This document shows, piece after piece, positions 44,302 through 58,405 of a DNA stretch of 64,000 nucleotides (position 1 is its first letter; the number at the start of each line of letters is the position of its first letter). The DNA comes from Ascoidea asiatica JCM 7603. Its lineage: Eukaryota; Fungi; Ascomycota. The notes under the pieces are model-generated. The model worked only from the letters and a program-made list of their open reading frames with translations. It ran no database searches and had not been told where the DNA came from. The position numbers and the translations under genes were made by a program. The stretch covers positions 96,609-160,608 of the forward strand of contig BCKQ01000017.1 of assembly GCA_001600695.1 (NCBI GenBank), given 5' to 3'.

Positions 44302-45353
44302 CTATTTTTTTTCTTCATTATCATCTTCTTCATCTTCAAACATTTCTTTATATTTATTAAACATTTCTTCATTAATATCTCTTATTTCTAATAATTTACT
44401 TTTATTTTCATAAATATTTTTATCATCTTTTTTATAATTAAATTCTTCAATTAAAAATTCCATCTCTTCTTCATATTCATAATCAACTTCAATTAATATA
44501 TTTAAATTTGTTAAAAATTCTTTATTTGATTTAATTAATTTATTTAAATTTTCATAATCTTTTAAAATCTTTATTCTTGGTATTGATGATATTGAAATTA
44601 ATTCAAATAAATATTTATATTCATAATTATTTTCAATTTTAAAAAATTCAATTAAATTTATTAATATTTTTTCATTCATATTTTCAATTAAATTTTTTAA
44701 AATTTCTTTATCTTCAATATTTAATTTAATTATTGTAATTAATTTTTCAATATCATTTAATTTAAATTTATTATAAATTTCATTTTCAATATCCTCAATA
44801 ATTTCTTTATCTTCTTCACCAATAATAATATTATTATTTTTATTATTATTAATTTTATATTCATTTTTAATATTATTTAATAATAATTTTAATTCAACAA
44901 ATTTATATAATGAATTAAAATTATCTTCAATTAAAAATCTTTTTTTAAAACTTTTACCATTTTTAAATTTAAATTGAATTAAAATTGAATTATTTTTATT
45001 TAAATCATCATTACTTGATAAATTATTATTTAATAAAATTTCTTTATTTATAATTAATTGAAATTTTAAATATAATGAAATTATTTTAAATTTATTTAAA
45101 TTTTTTAAAATTTTTAATTTCATATTATCTTTTTCTAATTTTTTAATTCTATCAATTTCTAAAGATTTTAAATATTCATCATCTTGTTGTTTTTTAATTA
45201 ATCTTTCAAATTTTTTTTCTTTTAAATCATATTTAAGTGAAATTAATTCAGGTTGATATAAAGTAATTAAATTATGAATATTTTGAATAATATAATTATA
45301 ATTAATATTATTTGAATTTAAATTAAATTTTATTAATGAAGTTAAAGTACTAC

Positions 45354-45386
<33 letters not shown>

Positions 45387-46950
45387 CACTATTACTTAAA
45401 TTTGTAATTAAATTTAAATATGGTAATTTTTTAATATTTAAATTTTTACCAATTAAATAATTTTGTAAAAAAATTGGATTTCCAATATAAAAAATTAAAT
45501 TATCATTAATTTCACTATTATTTAAAATTTTTAATTCTAAATTTTTATTAAAGATAAAATTATTATAAAAATTTGAATTTGAAATTAATTTATCACTTTT
45601 TTTATCATTATTAATTAAAATTAAAATTAAAAATTTAAATTCATCTTTTATAATATCAAATAATTCATTAAATTCTCCTTGGAATATATTAATTTTATTA
45701 ATTATATTCAATTTTTCTGGAAATCTTTTAATTAAATGATTTTTAAAATTAAAATTATTAATTTCTTCAGTTAAATTTTCTTCAATGTCATCAATTTCAG
45801 TTTCATTAATTTTTTCATTAATTTTTTCATTATTTTTTTCATTAATTTCAATTTCAGATTGATTAGAAATTTCATTAATTTTATTATTATTTTGAGAATG
45901 AATTTTCAATTCCTCAATTTTTTTAATATTAGATAATTTTTTAATGGAATTGTCATTGAAAGTTAAATATATAGGTAATTTTGGAAATGAATTTAAAATT
46001 TTTTTATTATTATTATTGTTACTGTTATTTATATTGTTGTTATTATTATTAGAAAAATAATTAAAGATATAACTTAAATTAAAAGTGATATTTAAATTTG
46101 GAAATATTAAAAGTAATAAGTTTTTAAGAATTAATAAAATTGTTTTTGGTAAGAATAATAATATCATAAATAAGTAGTTTGTATTTGTATTTATATTTGT
46201 ATTAGTATCAGAGTTATTATTTGAAATTGTCGAATTTTTTTTTGTATTTATATTAGTATTAATATTTATATTAATATTATTATTTAAAATATTTAAAATT
46301 GAGAAATAAGAAATACCTGGATTTAATTTCCAATTTAAATTAATTTTTTTAATTTTTTGAAATTTAGGAGAAATTGGAGATAATGGAGATATTAATGGAT
46401 TGAAATTTAATAAATCAAAAGAATCTAAATTTTGAAAATTTCTATTATTTGAAATATTTCTATTATTTCTATTAAATAAATTTGAATTTGAATTTGAATT
46501 TGAATTTGAATTAAATTGAGAATCATTTGATTGAAACCCAGAAGTTATATTTTCAAAGTCAAAATCAGATATTAATTCAGATTGAGATTGTGATTGAGAT
46601 TGTGATTGAGATTGAGATTGTGAATTTAATTGACTTGAAGATGGAAAATCATTATCAAAATATCTTTGTAGAGATAATTGTAAATTCCAATTTGTGAAAG
46701 TTAATAAATTTATGATTTTTTCATTATCAGAATCAATAAATTGAGTTATTTCTTTGAATTGATTAAATATTTCTGATTGATCATTTGATAAGTTACTTTG
46801 ATCATTTGAAGTTGAATTTGAATTTAAAGTTGAATTTGAATTTGAATTAGAATTAGAATTTGAATTTGAATTAGGAGTTAAATTATTTAAATCATTCAAT
46901 TGATGATTTATATCATTAGCTAAATCATTAAGATCATTGAATTCAGTCAT
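44302..46950 (-). CDS. UBX2: Ubx2-like Cdc48 adaptor (UBA-like, membrane hairpin, UAS, UBX)
   Basis: FKEITQF..LL..NWNLQLSLQRYFD; hydrophobic LLFLPK hairpin; ERLIKKQQDDEYLKSLEIDRIK; IQFKFKNGKSFKKRF. Confidence 0.78.
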
Positions 46951-47160
46951 ATTTGATGTGATTAATGTAATTTATATTACTAAATGATGATGATGATGAT
47001 GATGTTATAGTCAATAGATATAAATAATAAGTATCATTGATTAGATAAAAGGGATTCAATTGATATTTATAATTTTATACCTTTATTTTGTTATTTGCCA
47101 TTGATTAGGAGTTTAAACAGTTAGCAACGATTACATTATAGGAGTCGGAAGTTGAAAATA

Positions 47161-47168
47161 TCACGTGA
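47161..47168. promoter_or_regulatory. TCACGTGA in the UBX2/SEC72 bidirectional promoter
   Basis: Palindrome roughly centred between the divergent ATGs. Confidence 0.55.
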
Positions 47169-47356
47169 AGTAGTGTTTTGGTTGCTATTTGGAAAGTAAT
47201 TCGAGGCCGGTTCTGGAAGTGGACAAATGTTCAGTTGCTAAAGAAAATAAAATAGAACAAAAGAACAAAAATAAAAAGAATAAAAAGAATAAAAAGAGAG
47301 AGAGCTGCTGGGAAAGAAAGAAGAAGAAGAAGAAGAATAACTGAATATTGTGAAAG

Positions 47357-47992
47357 ATGGCTACAGTTAGTTTACCTATAATATATCAACCAAGTTCCAA
47401 GAAAGTAGAACTTAATAAAGCCGAAGTTGAAAGTGGACTTGAAGTAGAGGAATTCAATAAAGAATATATAAAAGAACTACAAAATAATATAGAATTATTA
47501 AATGATTTAACCCAAAATTTAATAAATAGTAATAGTGATGTACCTGAGAGTAATGTTTGTACAAAACAATTAGGATTAATGATTAAAAGTCTTTTTGAAA
47601 ATGGTATAAAATCATTAAAAACTGGTAAAATTACTGAAGCTATAAAATATTTTACAATTGGATTAAATATTTCGAATAAAAGAAATAAATGGGAGAATTT
47701 TAAAAATACATTAATTGAAAATCAATTATTATTACAAAGTAGATGTGATTCATATATTTTAAATAAAGATTATATCAATGCATTTAATGATGTTGACTTA
47801 TTACTAAATTTACAAATCAATACACCTGAGAATTTCTCAAGAAGAAGTTTCTGCTATTACAATTTGAATTTGTATGAGGAAGCAAAAGCAGATTTGGAAA
47901 GAGGAATGGCCTTTGATAGTGGCAATGGCAAACTCAAGAAAGAATTGGCCATGGTTCAAACTACAATCGATAAAATGAATGGTGATTTATGA
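47357..47992 (+). CDS. SEC72: Sec62/63 translocon subunit Sec72 (TPR)
   Basis: VSLPIIY.P, RNKWE.F, RCD, DVDLLL, EAKADLERG. Confidence 0.88.
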   Translation: MATVSLPIIYQPSSKKVELNKAEVESGLEVEEFNKEYIKELQNNIELLNDLTQNLINSNSDVPESNVCTKQLGLMIKSLFENGIKSLKTGKITEAIKYFTIGLNISNKRNKWENFKNTLIENQLLLQSRCDSYILNKDYINAFNDVDLLLNLQINTPENFSRRSFCYYNLNLYEEAKADLERGMAFDSGNGKLKKELAMVQTTIDKMNGDL

Positions 47993-48562
47993 ACTGTCCA
48001 AGAACACAGCCATAAAATAGCATAGTAATTAAGTAGCTAAGTAAGTAGCTAATTAAGTAGCTAATTAAGTAGCTAATCAAAAGACTTATCCGAGGAACAC
48101 AGAAACAAAGGAGCACCAGACATCTGGCCTCAGAAACAGCCGTGCTTCACGCGGATCGGCAAATCAAACGATGATCCGCGCGTGGAGCACAAGCCACTTG
48201 TAACCGGATCGACCCCACGCCTTTGCATCCGCCCGGCCAGCCAGCCCCAACGTGGCCTGTTTCAGCCACCTCGGCTGCTGGTGGCTCTGAATGAGAGAAA
48301 TACGCTGCAGCTGCACTGCAAAGGCAAAAAGCAAGCAAATATATAAATACTAATACTAATACTAATACTAATACTAATACTAACACTAATATCAATATCA
48401 ACTTCAACTTCAAAGCAGTTAAGTAATGGAGTATTCGAGTAAGTTAATAAAATAAAGGTCTAATCTTTCTTAGGGCCTATTCACTCTCAGAACCGAGTAT
48501 AAACAAATTATTCAATTCATTCAAATAATATCATTTATCCACTGTTTACTCTATTCCATCAA

Positions 48563-48600
<38 letters not shown>

Positions 48601-48623
48601 TGACATAATCATAAATAGGATAT

Positions 48624-48697
48624 CAAATATTGTATTGTATTGTATTGTATTACATTACATTATTATATTATATTATATTATATTATATTATATTATA
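48624..48697 (+). repeat. Compound pentanucleotide microsatellite (ATTGT/ATTAC/ATTAT)n
   Basis: Successive 5-bp unit variants upstream of the MTC4-like gene. Confidence 0.8.
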
Positions 48698-48744
48698 GTT
48701 AGTTATTCAAATCACTTTAATTGATAATTATATATAATAATATA

Positions 48745-49017
48745 ATGTCTTCAACTATATCAATCTCAATTCCATCTTCTAATTCAGATTTAAATGATAT
48801 AAAAGAATTAGATAATGAATCTTTTTCTTTAAATTCAATCAATACTTTTTCACTTAATAACTTCTCTAATAATATTAACAATAATAATAATAATGATAAA
48901 ACTATTAGTAATATTAATTTAGATAAAGATTGTCTTAAAAATGTTTCCATTTTCTTAAATCAAAACAATAATCAATTCAATCATAATTATCATAATCAAT
49001 TTCAAATTAAAAATATA

Positions 49018-49059
<42 letters not shown>

Positions 49060-49794
49060 CCAATTACTAATATCACCAATGATAACGCTGATACAATTAT
49101 AAATGATAATAAAAAAATAAAAAAAATATCTTTATTAACTAAAAAAAATGCTGAGAATACAATAGCTTATTTTAATAATTATTTTAATACAATTAATAAT
49201 ATTATTAATATTAATCATTTAAATTATAATCCTTTGATTTTAATTCATGATAAAAATAAAAATAAAAATATAAATAAAAATATAATAAATTATAAAATTA
49301 AATATAAAAATAAAAATAAAATCTCAAATCAAATTCAAAATCAAAATCAATTAATATTACCTTCAACTTTTTTAAGTAAGAAATATAATAATAATAAAAA
49401 AAATTTGAAAGATTTAAAATATACATTCAAATGGCAATTTAATATCAATGATTATTCAATTTACTTAAGTCATTTAAATCATTTAGATAATACAAATCTT
49501 TTAAATACTAAAATTAATTCTATATCTCCTTTATCTAATAATTCAAATAATTCATATAAATCCAATAATTCAAACAATTCAAACAATTCAAATCATTCAA
49601 ATCATTCAAATCATTCAAGTCAATCAAATAATATAAATGATATAAATAATGTAAATAATAGTCATTCTTTATTAAATTTATCTAAATTTCATCATGCAGT
49701 CTCAAATTCTTTTAATTCAAACTCAAATTCTAATTCTAATTCTAATTCATCAAGTGATTCTTTAATTTTAACACTAAATAACAATAATAACAAC

Positions 49795-49828
<34 letters not shown>

Positions 49829-50256
49829 GTAATTCATATCTTAATTTAAATTTAAAAAATAAAATTAATTCAATAAAATTTCCAACTTTAAATAAAAATT
49901 CTAAATTTTTATCAATTCCAAATCCTTTATCAAACTCATATTCTAATACAAATTCAAATACAAATTCAAATACAGTTTCTAATTCAAATTCAATCTCAAA
50001 TTCACTTTCTAATTTATTAAATTCAAATAATAATTCAAATAGTAATTCATATCAAAATTTATCAAATTTATCAAATTTATCAAATTTATCAAATTTAAAT
50101 GATTTAGATTATATAACTTATAATAATAAAAAATATTTAATTGTAGAAATACCTGAAAAAGATAATATTTCAAATAAAAATCCAATTAATAATTTAATAA
50201 ATATTAAAATTGATAGTTATGATGATAATAATGATAATAATGATAAAAATAATAAA

Positions 50257-50294
<38 letters not shown>

Positions 50295-51189
50295 GATTAA
50301 TAATAATACAAATTTATTAAATGTGCCGATTAATTCCATTAATTCCATTAATTCAATAAATTCAATCAATTCAATCAAATCACCAACTAGTAATATTAAT
50401 GTTGATAATCTTAAAGTGAATAATATAAAAATAAATGAGAAAGTAGAAGAAAAAGAGAATGAATATGATAATTTATTAGAGAATTATATGAATGAATTGA
50501 AAAACAATAATGGAATTATAAAAATTAAACAAAATCATTATAATATTAAAAAAAGATATATATCAAAATTAATTAAAAATAATTTAGAAAAAGATAATAT
50601 AATAAAAATAAATAAAAAAAATGAAAATTTAATTAAAAATTTAATTTCTAAAGAAAATTATAATATAAATTTAAAATTAAATAAAATTAATGATAATAAA
50701 TTAATTTTTTTAAATAAATTTAATCCAAAAATTGATAATTTATTAAGTTTATCAGATAGAATTATAAGTGAAGTTAATATAACTTTAAGTAAAAAAATTA
50801 AAGAATTGAATGAAAATTTAGATAAAATTTTAAAATTAAATTTAAATTGTTATTTAGCTTATAATAGAAATTTAATAAGAAATAGAATTTCAAAAAAATT
50901 AATCAGTTCTAATAAAAAAGAATCTGAAATTTCTAATAATGAATATGATTTTGATTGTATTAAAGTTAATGAAAATGAAAATGAAAATGAAAATATTCCA
51001 ATAGAATTATTTAAATTTGTAAATGATGATTTTTTATTTAAAGAGATTATTATAAATTTTGGATATAAATCATTAGAAGTTGGTATAATTATATTATTAT
51101 GGTTTGTTTGGGGATTTGTTTCAATCATTAGAATTTTTAAAAAAACAATATTATTAATTATAAAAATATTAAAATGGATATTTTGGTAA
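48745..51189 (+). CDS. MTC4: Mtc4-like protein with long Asn-rich region and C-terminal TM
   Basis: YNPL motif, KIDNLLSLSDRIISEVN.TLSKKIKEL, GYKSLEVGIIILLWFVWGFVSI; ATG at 48745. Confidence 0.55.
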
Positions 51190-52286
51190 AATTTATTTTA
51201 TAAATTTTATTTAAATAATTAATTATCATGGTCATGTCCTAGAAATAAGTCCTAGAAATAAGTCCTAAGACACGGGCCCACATACATTTAGAGTTGCTCC
51301 TTGTTTCTGATTGGTCAATTAAGAAAAAGAGAGAGTTATATATATATATACACTGCATAGAATAAAAAATATTTTATATAAATCAAATAGTAAAAAAAAT
51401 TACAAATATGAATGAGCCGAGCCGTAAGTGGCATTTTCAACAGATTTTCAGTGATTTATCGTTACCTGTACGAGGATTATTGAATAAAAATAATTTAATA
51501 GGAATAATTCAATGAGAATAACTCAACGTTCATAAAAATAAAAAGCATATATTGAAAAAGCATTGAAAAAGAGTGAAAAAGAGTGAAAAAGAGAATGAAT
51601 TCATAAAAGCAATAAGTTATAAAACTGCATATATGCTTAGCCCTTCCATTGCAAACTGCCAAACAACAAACTATTCAACAAAAGGCCTTCATTACTTCCA
51701 GCAGTTTCCAAAACATAACAATGTTTTCATGTTTCTTCGAAGGTCTTGCTGGGCACTTCGGGCACTTCACCCGGGATGAGAGCCACGAAACTGGTCTCAC
51801 TTACTTTATTTTTTTGATTCCCATTTCTGGTCTCGTTCCAGTCACGCTTTCTCGTCGGCTGAATTCTGTTGCGCTCTCCGACATCCAAGACCCCTTTCTT
51901 TGCACCAGACCCCTTCTCGCTTGCTTCGGATTTTTGTTTTGTAAGAGACTTTTTGTTTTTTGGGGGGTTGCAGCGAGCCCCGACTCAGATCCACTCGCTA
52001 ACAAGACTCGAGTCTCTCTCAGTTATTCACATTGATTGAATGTTGACTATTGAATATATTATATAATAAATAATGGAAATATATTATTCTGTATTGATCT
52101 GAGTAGATTTTATTCACCAAGTTATACTCATCTAATTATTCAGGATTATCAAGCAATACTAATCAATATCAATTCATTGGGCAAGATATTATAATCAATT
52201 ATCGATTCTCTTTCTCACTTACAATCGTTTTCATCTTTTGTATAAATCTTTAATATATTGAAAAGAGTTTATTTGGATTTTCTAAA

Positions 52287-53585
52287 ATGTTTAAGAATTT
52301 ACCAAAAAATTCTTTATCTTTAAAGACTTGTAATTATTTAATAACATCTAAAGTCTCATCTAAAGTTTCTTCACTTCAACTTTTAAGATATGCTTCTCAA
52401 TCTCCAAATTCTTCATCAGTTTCTTCCAATGATGATTTAAATTCTAATTCAATTTCAATTTCAAATATAAAATCAGATAATTCATTAAAATTAAATAAAA
52501 AAAATTTTTCAAAAAAATTATCAAATGGTCCAGAATTTAGTGATTTTTTAAAAGGTACTGCAAAAAATTTTAATTTAGATCCTTTACAACAAGCAAGATT
52601 AATTAATTTATCTGATAATATTAATAAATTAAATAAATTACCACAATGGTTAAAAGTTCCAATACCAAAAGGTAAAAATTTTACAAAATTAAAAAAAGAT
52701 ATAAAACAATTAAAATTATCAACTGTTTGTGAAGAAGCAAAATGTCCAAATATTGGTGAATGTTGGAGTGGTGGTAAATCAAAAATTTCAACTGCAACTA
52801 TTATGTTAATGGGTGATACTTGTACAAGAGGTTGTAGATTTTGTTCTGTAAAAACTAATAGAAATCCAAATCCTTTAGATTTAAATGAACCTGAAAATGT
52901 AAGTGAAGCTATAAGTAGATGGGGTTTAGGCTATGTAGTTTTAACAACTGTTGATAGAGATGATTTAATTGATAGTGGTTGTGATCATTTAATAAAAACA
53001 ATAAAATTAATTAAAAAAAAAGGTAATACAAATATAAATTTAAATACAAATTTAAATACAAATATAACTAATTCAAAAGAAATTTTAATTGAATGTTTAA
53101 GTGGAGATATGAAAGGTGATTTAAATCAAGTTGAAAAATTATCAAATTCTGGTCTTGATGTTTATTCTCATAATTTAGAAACTGTAGAAGATTTAACTCC
53201 ATTTGTAAGAGATAGAAGAGCAACTTATAAACAATCTTTAAATGTTTTAAATCATGCTAAAATTTCAAATCCAAATATTATTACTAAAACTTCAATAATG
53301 TTAGGTTTAGGTGAATCTGATGATCAAATTAAAAAAACTTTAAAAGATTTAAGAAATATAAATGTTGATATTGTAACTTTTGGTCAATATATGAGACCAA
53401 CAAAAAGACATATGAAAGTTGTAGATTATTTAAAACCTGAAAAATTCGATTATTGGAAAAAAGTTGCTGAAGATGATTTTGGTTTTTTACTTTGTTCTTC
53501 TGGTCCTTTAGTTAGAAGTAGTTATAAAGCTGGTGAATTTTTTATTGAAAATGTTTTAAGAAAAAGAAAAATTGCAAATTTATAA
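52287..53585 (+). CDS. LIP5: Mitochondrial lipoyl synthase
   Basis: [33 protein letters not shown]. Confidence 0.97.
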   Translation: MFKNLPKNSLSLKTCNYLITSKVSSKVSSLQLLRYASQSPNSSSVSSNDDLNSNSISISNIKSDNSLKLNKKNFSKKLSNGPEFSDFLKGTAKNFNLDPLQQARLINLSDNINKLNKLPQWLKVPIPKGKNFTKLKKDIKQLKLSTVCEEAKCPNIGECWSGGKSKISTATIMLMGDTCTRGCRFCSVKTNRNPNPLDLNEPENVSEAISRWGLGYVVLTTVDRDDLIDSGCDHLIKTIKLIKKKGNTNINLNTNLNTNITNSKEILIECLSGDMKGDLNQVEKLSNSGLDVYSHNLETVEDLTPFVRDRRATYKQSLNVLNHAKISNPNIITKTSIMLGLGESDDQIKKTLKDLRNINVDIVTFGQYMRPTKRHMKVVDYLKPEKFDYWKKVAEDDFGFLLCSSGPLVRSSYKAGEFFIENVLRKRKIANL

Positions 53586-53768
53586 AAAATTACCCTGAAT
53601 TATCAAATTCAAATTAATGTATTATAATAAATATTTAAATCAAAAAAAAAATAATGATGATAGATAAATAAATTAATTTTTTTTTTTTTTTAAATAAATT
53701 TACATTACAATACATTACAATTATATACCATTCATGATAACAATAACATTTATTTTTTCATTCACATT

Positions 53769-55676
53769 TTACATTTCTTTTAATAATGTAATAAATGTTT
53801 GCCAACCTGGTTTTTCTAATAATTTATATGTATTCAATAAATCATTTTCTTTAATAATTTTTATAATTAATTCTTCTTCTTCTTCATTAAATATTCCTAA
53901 TGTAAACATATAACATAATAAATGAAAATCTGATAATAATTTTATTGAATTTTCTTCATTTTCATTATTACTATTATTATTAATATTTAAATATCTTTTA
54001 ATTGCAGAAAAATCTTGAATTATACTTCTATTTTCTCTTGGAAATATTTTTTCATTTTTAAATAATGGATTTGGAGTTTGTGGAAAACCATGAGAAAGTG
54101 TAACTAAAAGATAATCAACTGGAAATGCAGGTTTTGCATTTTTTTTAACAAGAATATTATATTCATTTTTCATTAAATAAAATATTTCTGGTACATATCT
54201 ATTATCTGTTGTATCATTAATAAATGCCATTGATGGATGTGTTGAACCACATATTATATCTGCATCAACTAATGCTTCTCCATGTTTTGAAACTTGATAA
54301 CATGAAATATCAATATCACCTTTTTCATTACCAGAAATTACACATGTTGTAAATTTTGAAGAAAATTTTCCAGAATCTGACCATTTACATGGATTTGAAT
54401 TTTTTAATTGAAGTGTAGCTGATAAAATAATTTCTAAAGATGATAAAAAAAATGAATCTTTATTTCTTTTACAAAATACAGTTCCATCACTTTTACCAGA
54501 ATCTGTTAAATCTGTAAATATTATTCCAAGTTTTTGTAAACCAAGTTTATTTGCAATTTTATCAATTTTTGATTCCATTTCCCAAACCATTTCAAGTGTT
54601 AAACCATCATCTTCATTTTGTTGAGGAGGTTCATAAATTGCTTCTACAACACCTTTTATACCCATTGGAACTTCTTTATATTCTTTATAAGTACCATATA
54701 AATAACCAATTCTTTGTTTACCAGTAATTCTCCAAAATTCAATAAAATTATTTACAATTGAAGATGAAGAAAATTCAATATGATCAACCATTCTAAAAAC
54801 TTGTTGTTCTAAAGTTATTGCAGATGGTTGACATTTTGAACAAATACCTTTTGGCCAAGGTAAATGACCATTTTTACAATTTTTATCAACTTTATAACTT
54901 GGTTCATTTAATGGTGAAATATATGAACCTGAAGAACCTTTTTTATTAGTTGATTCATTTTGTTGTTTAATATAAGCTTGAAATGACATATGTTTAATTG
55001 CATGTTCTTCTATATAACCTTTATCCCAAGGTGGTAATGGAGAACAATATTCACACATTCCTTTATCAGTATGTCTACAAAATGTTGATTTTTTTCTTTT
55101 AATAAAACCATTTTCATTATCATATTTATCATCAATTGGTAATTGTTTAACTTTTTTAGGTCCAGAAACTTTATTTGTTGAATTTATTAAGATATTATTA
55201 TTATTTTGAATTTTTTCATTTTGATCAGTTTTTTTGATATCATAAGTTATAAATATCATATCACCATGACTAAAAAAAAATGTTAGTAAAAGCAATCATT
55301 TGAAATTTTTTTAAAAATTCAATTTAAAACTTACCTAAATCCTAATGATTCAATTGTTTTACCACAGAGACTATTAGCCAAAGTAGTTTTCCCATTTGGT
55401 TTATCAGATGTCTTTAAAGTGGTATAATCAACATTATCTGGTAATTTTCTAGTAAGCTGATCTATAACCGTTACAAAATCATTATTTAGTTCACAAGAAA
55501 TTCTAAATATTCCCTCTTTAGTTCTAAAACGAAGTATCTAAACATTAATAATAAAAAAGAATAATTTAAATGTGTAAATTAAGAAAGTCAGTATTTGCAT
55601 TATTCAATATTTCGCCTCCTAATTGAGTATTTTGAAGAAATTATCATTCAAAAATAACTATAGAGTTACATACCAT
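53769..55676 (-). CDS. NPL4: Npl4 (Cdc48-Ufd1-Npl4), 3 exons: 55676-55674, 55537-55335, 55269-53769
   Basis: ATG|GTATGT...TACTGAC...TAG and AG|GTAAGT...TACTAAC...TAG; splicing restores MILRFRTKEGIFRISC...GFSHGDM; zf-NPL4 CRH...MCEYCSPL; FRMVDHIEF; AFPVDYLLV. Confidence 0.95.
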
Positions 55677-56307
55677 TTTGCTCATGAATTATATTATGAA
55701 TCAAATATATATGATAAAGAAGTTTACCTTATGAAGTAACTGATATATATAAATATTTATATTTATATTAATGATTGCTACTATAAATATTTTATTCAAA
55801 AGGACAAATTAATAATAAAAAAAGATCAAATGAATTGAATATCATTCTTGATGCTAGTTTTAAAGCTACTCTTTTCTGATACGGTTTATATTGCCGGTGC
55901 TTTAAGCTGCTACAGTAGTAGTAAAGCTTGCGAGCATTGTTCAATCAGGCCCTGAACCCGAGTCCAGAACAGCGGGTTAAAGAAAGAGAGCCGCGTTTCT
56001 GGTCTCTTCTGATTTACTAGTCGATTTTTGCTTTGGTTCTGTTTCGATTCAGTTTTGATTTATTCAAATTGTTGCAGTTTTAGATAAATCAAAAGACTTT
56101 CAAGAAGTGAATTGTTATGAAGAGATATGAATGGCATTAGTAATTTTATTTTCGTGCAAAAGTTTATATAAATATATATTGTATATGCTTTTTATCTTAT
56201 AGGCTTTTAGTTTCCTGTTTATAGGTTCATAAATCTTCTGTAGCAGTTTTTCTGATTCTTGGGAAAATTCATTGTTAATCATAACATCATAGCAAATAGA
56301 TTTACAA

Positions 56308-57030
56308 TCACATATTATCTTCATCAATTTTAGTAATTGGACCTTGTTTTCTTGATTCTCCTCCAAGACCAATGATTAAAATCTTATCAATAGAAGTACT
56401 AAAATCTTCATCATCTCCATCAATAAAAATATTAATCGAATTACAATTTTGAAATTTAACAAACTTAACTTTAACTACATACCATTGGCCAATTTCATTA
56501 TTCTTTTTATCTTCTTTAACATCTATCCATTTAGATTCATCTAATTTTTCTAAATGAGCATAACTTGTTGAAGAATCTGCATCTTCAAAAGATAAGATAT
56601 TTGTTAGATTATTCCATATTTTAACAAGCGAAGGTTTTTGAATTTCTAATTCATCATCTTCGCTACTTTCATCTTCAACTTTTTCTTTTTCCTTTTCTTT
56701 TTCTTTTTCTTTTCCTTTTTGATTATTTGATATTGTGGATCTAATTAAAATAGTATGTATTTTACAAAAATTTTGAAAAGGAATCAACATATTAATTTGA
56801 GAATCAGCATCTGAAATAATTGTTGAGTTTGAGAATTTTTTTTCATTATCATTCAATTTTAAAAAATTTTTAAGATTATTTTTTGAATCATTGTCCTTAT
56901 CAGTATTATTATTTTTAGTTATATTTTTACAATTTAAGATTTCGAAATTTGTAAAATCAATTGAATCATTTAATAATGAAAATCCTTTTGGAATCAAACC
57001 ACATTCTTTCAATGAATCAATGTATGACAT
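56308..57030 (-). CDS. PITH-domain protein (proteasome-interacting thioredoxin-like)
   Basis: SDADSQ..IPFQ..CKIH.ILI, P...K...N...LSFEDA, VKFVKFQNCNSINIF, KILIIG. Confidence 0.88.
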   Translation of the reverse strand: MSYIDSLKECGLIPKGFSLLNDSIDFTNFEILNCKNITKNNNTDKDNDSKNNLKNFLKLNDNEKKFSNSTIISDADSQINMLIPFQNFCKIHTILIRSTISNNQKGKEKEKEKEKEKVEDESSEDDELEIQKPSLVKIWNNLTNILSFEDADSSTSYAHLEKLDESKWIDVKEDKKNNEIGQWYVVKVKFVKFQNCNSINIFIDGDDEDFSTSIDKILIIGLGGESRKQGPITKIDEDNM

Positions 57031-57410
57031 TTTAGTAATAAATTTAAAATACGAAATAGTTTCTTTATTCTTTTTACTTCTTGTTTAAATAATTGATGAA
57101 ATCAAAAAAGAATCAAAAATGAATTGAATTTATAAAGGCGAATTGAGTTTGAAAACATCAATTTTTATAGAACATTACACGAAATGACCCATGGATCACG
57201 TGGGTTATATATATTATTTAAAAGTTACAATATTAAACTAAAATTAACATTAATAACTTACAATAAATAAATTCATTAATCTTACAGAAACATAATAATG
57301 ATAATAAGAATAATGATTTTGATTGATTTAAAGAGTTTATTAAAAATATGAAATATGAAAGATATAATATTTATACAAATGATTTCAAATTAAAATTTTA
57401 ATAAGATATT

Positions 57411-58405
57411 TTAACGAGAGTAAGACCAGACATTTTTTAATAAACCATCTCTTTGACATAAACGATTTAAAGAATCATCAGCTTCACCATTAGCTCTAAT
57501 AAAACCAGATAAAGCATAAGTAGTATTTGAACCTGGGATTATGTGACCTTCTTCATCAACATTACCAATATTAATTTGAACAGAAGAATGATCTTTTGCT
57601 TTAATAATACGGTTAGTAGCAGAACATTTACGAGGAATGTATAATTCAACCTTAATTCAAAAACAAAAAAAAAAATAGGTTAGTAAATTTGTTTTAATAT
57701 CATTTTAATTTTTTACTTCATGCAAATTTTAATCATTTGAAATTTTATTTTGAAAGAAACAATGTAAAAAAGAAAATCATTTAATATGAAAGAAAAATAG
57801 ATTGAATTTTTTCTAAGGATATAATCAAATAATCTAGATTATGAATATCTCTATATCTAAAATGGTTTACTGAATAAATATTTCAATGCTAATTTATAAA
57901 ATCATTTGTAAATAAGTCTCTTCGAATTTTATACTTCATTTTCATTTAATTCTTCTCTGTTGTTGAATTCATGCTTCATTTTTAAAATTTGCTTGAGCTT
58001 CGCTGAGTAATTGAATTTTCCTTAATGTAAAATGATACTGAGAATAATTCACTTTTTCTGGTCTTGCTTAATCATTATTAATCGTTTTTTACTTCATTTT
58101 ATTGATCTTTAGATATATGACTCTTGACAGATCAAGTATTCTTTTTATTTTTCTTTTATTTTCTACTTTTTTCAGTTTTTTTTATCACAACCCTCAAAGG
58201 TCAATCTTTTTTTGAAATTGTAAAGTTTCTTAAAGTTCATTCATGTTTCATATTTTCTTCCTCCAATCTTCATAATCAGTTCTTATTTCTTGTTCTTTTC
58301 TGTAATTTTACTTGTATTGATTTTCCTTCAAATAATATTTCATTCTACAAAAGTGAAATTTAGGCAGGTTCTATTACTTACAAGTTGACCTTTATCGTTT
58401 TCCAT
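57411..58405 (-). CDS. RPS21: 40S ribosomal protein eS21, exons 58405-58382 and 57650-57411 (87 aa)
   Basis: MENDKGQL|[28 protein letters not shown]...VWSYSR*; GTAAGT donor, TACTAAC branch at 57685-57679, AAG acceptor; 731-nt intron. Missed by the ORF track. Confidence 0.97.

Noticed and set aside
55270-55295. ORF-track start of NPL4 (MLLLTFFFS)
   Set aside because: This is intron 2 sequence (branch point and pyrimidine tract); splicing gives the conserved N-terminus.
56115-56372. 85-aa ORF overlapping the PITH 3' end
   Set aside because: Out-of-frame overlap with a non-ATG start and no recognisable motif; probably 3' UTR.
57651-58381. Intronic snoRNA in the long RPS21 intron
   Set aside because: No RTGATGA/CTGA box pair or clear H/ACA structure seen on the sense strand; a covariance search was not possible.
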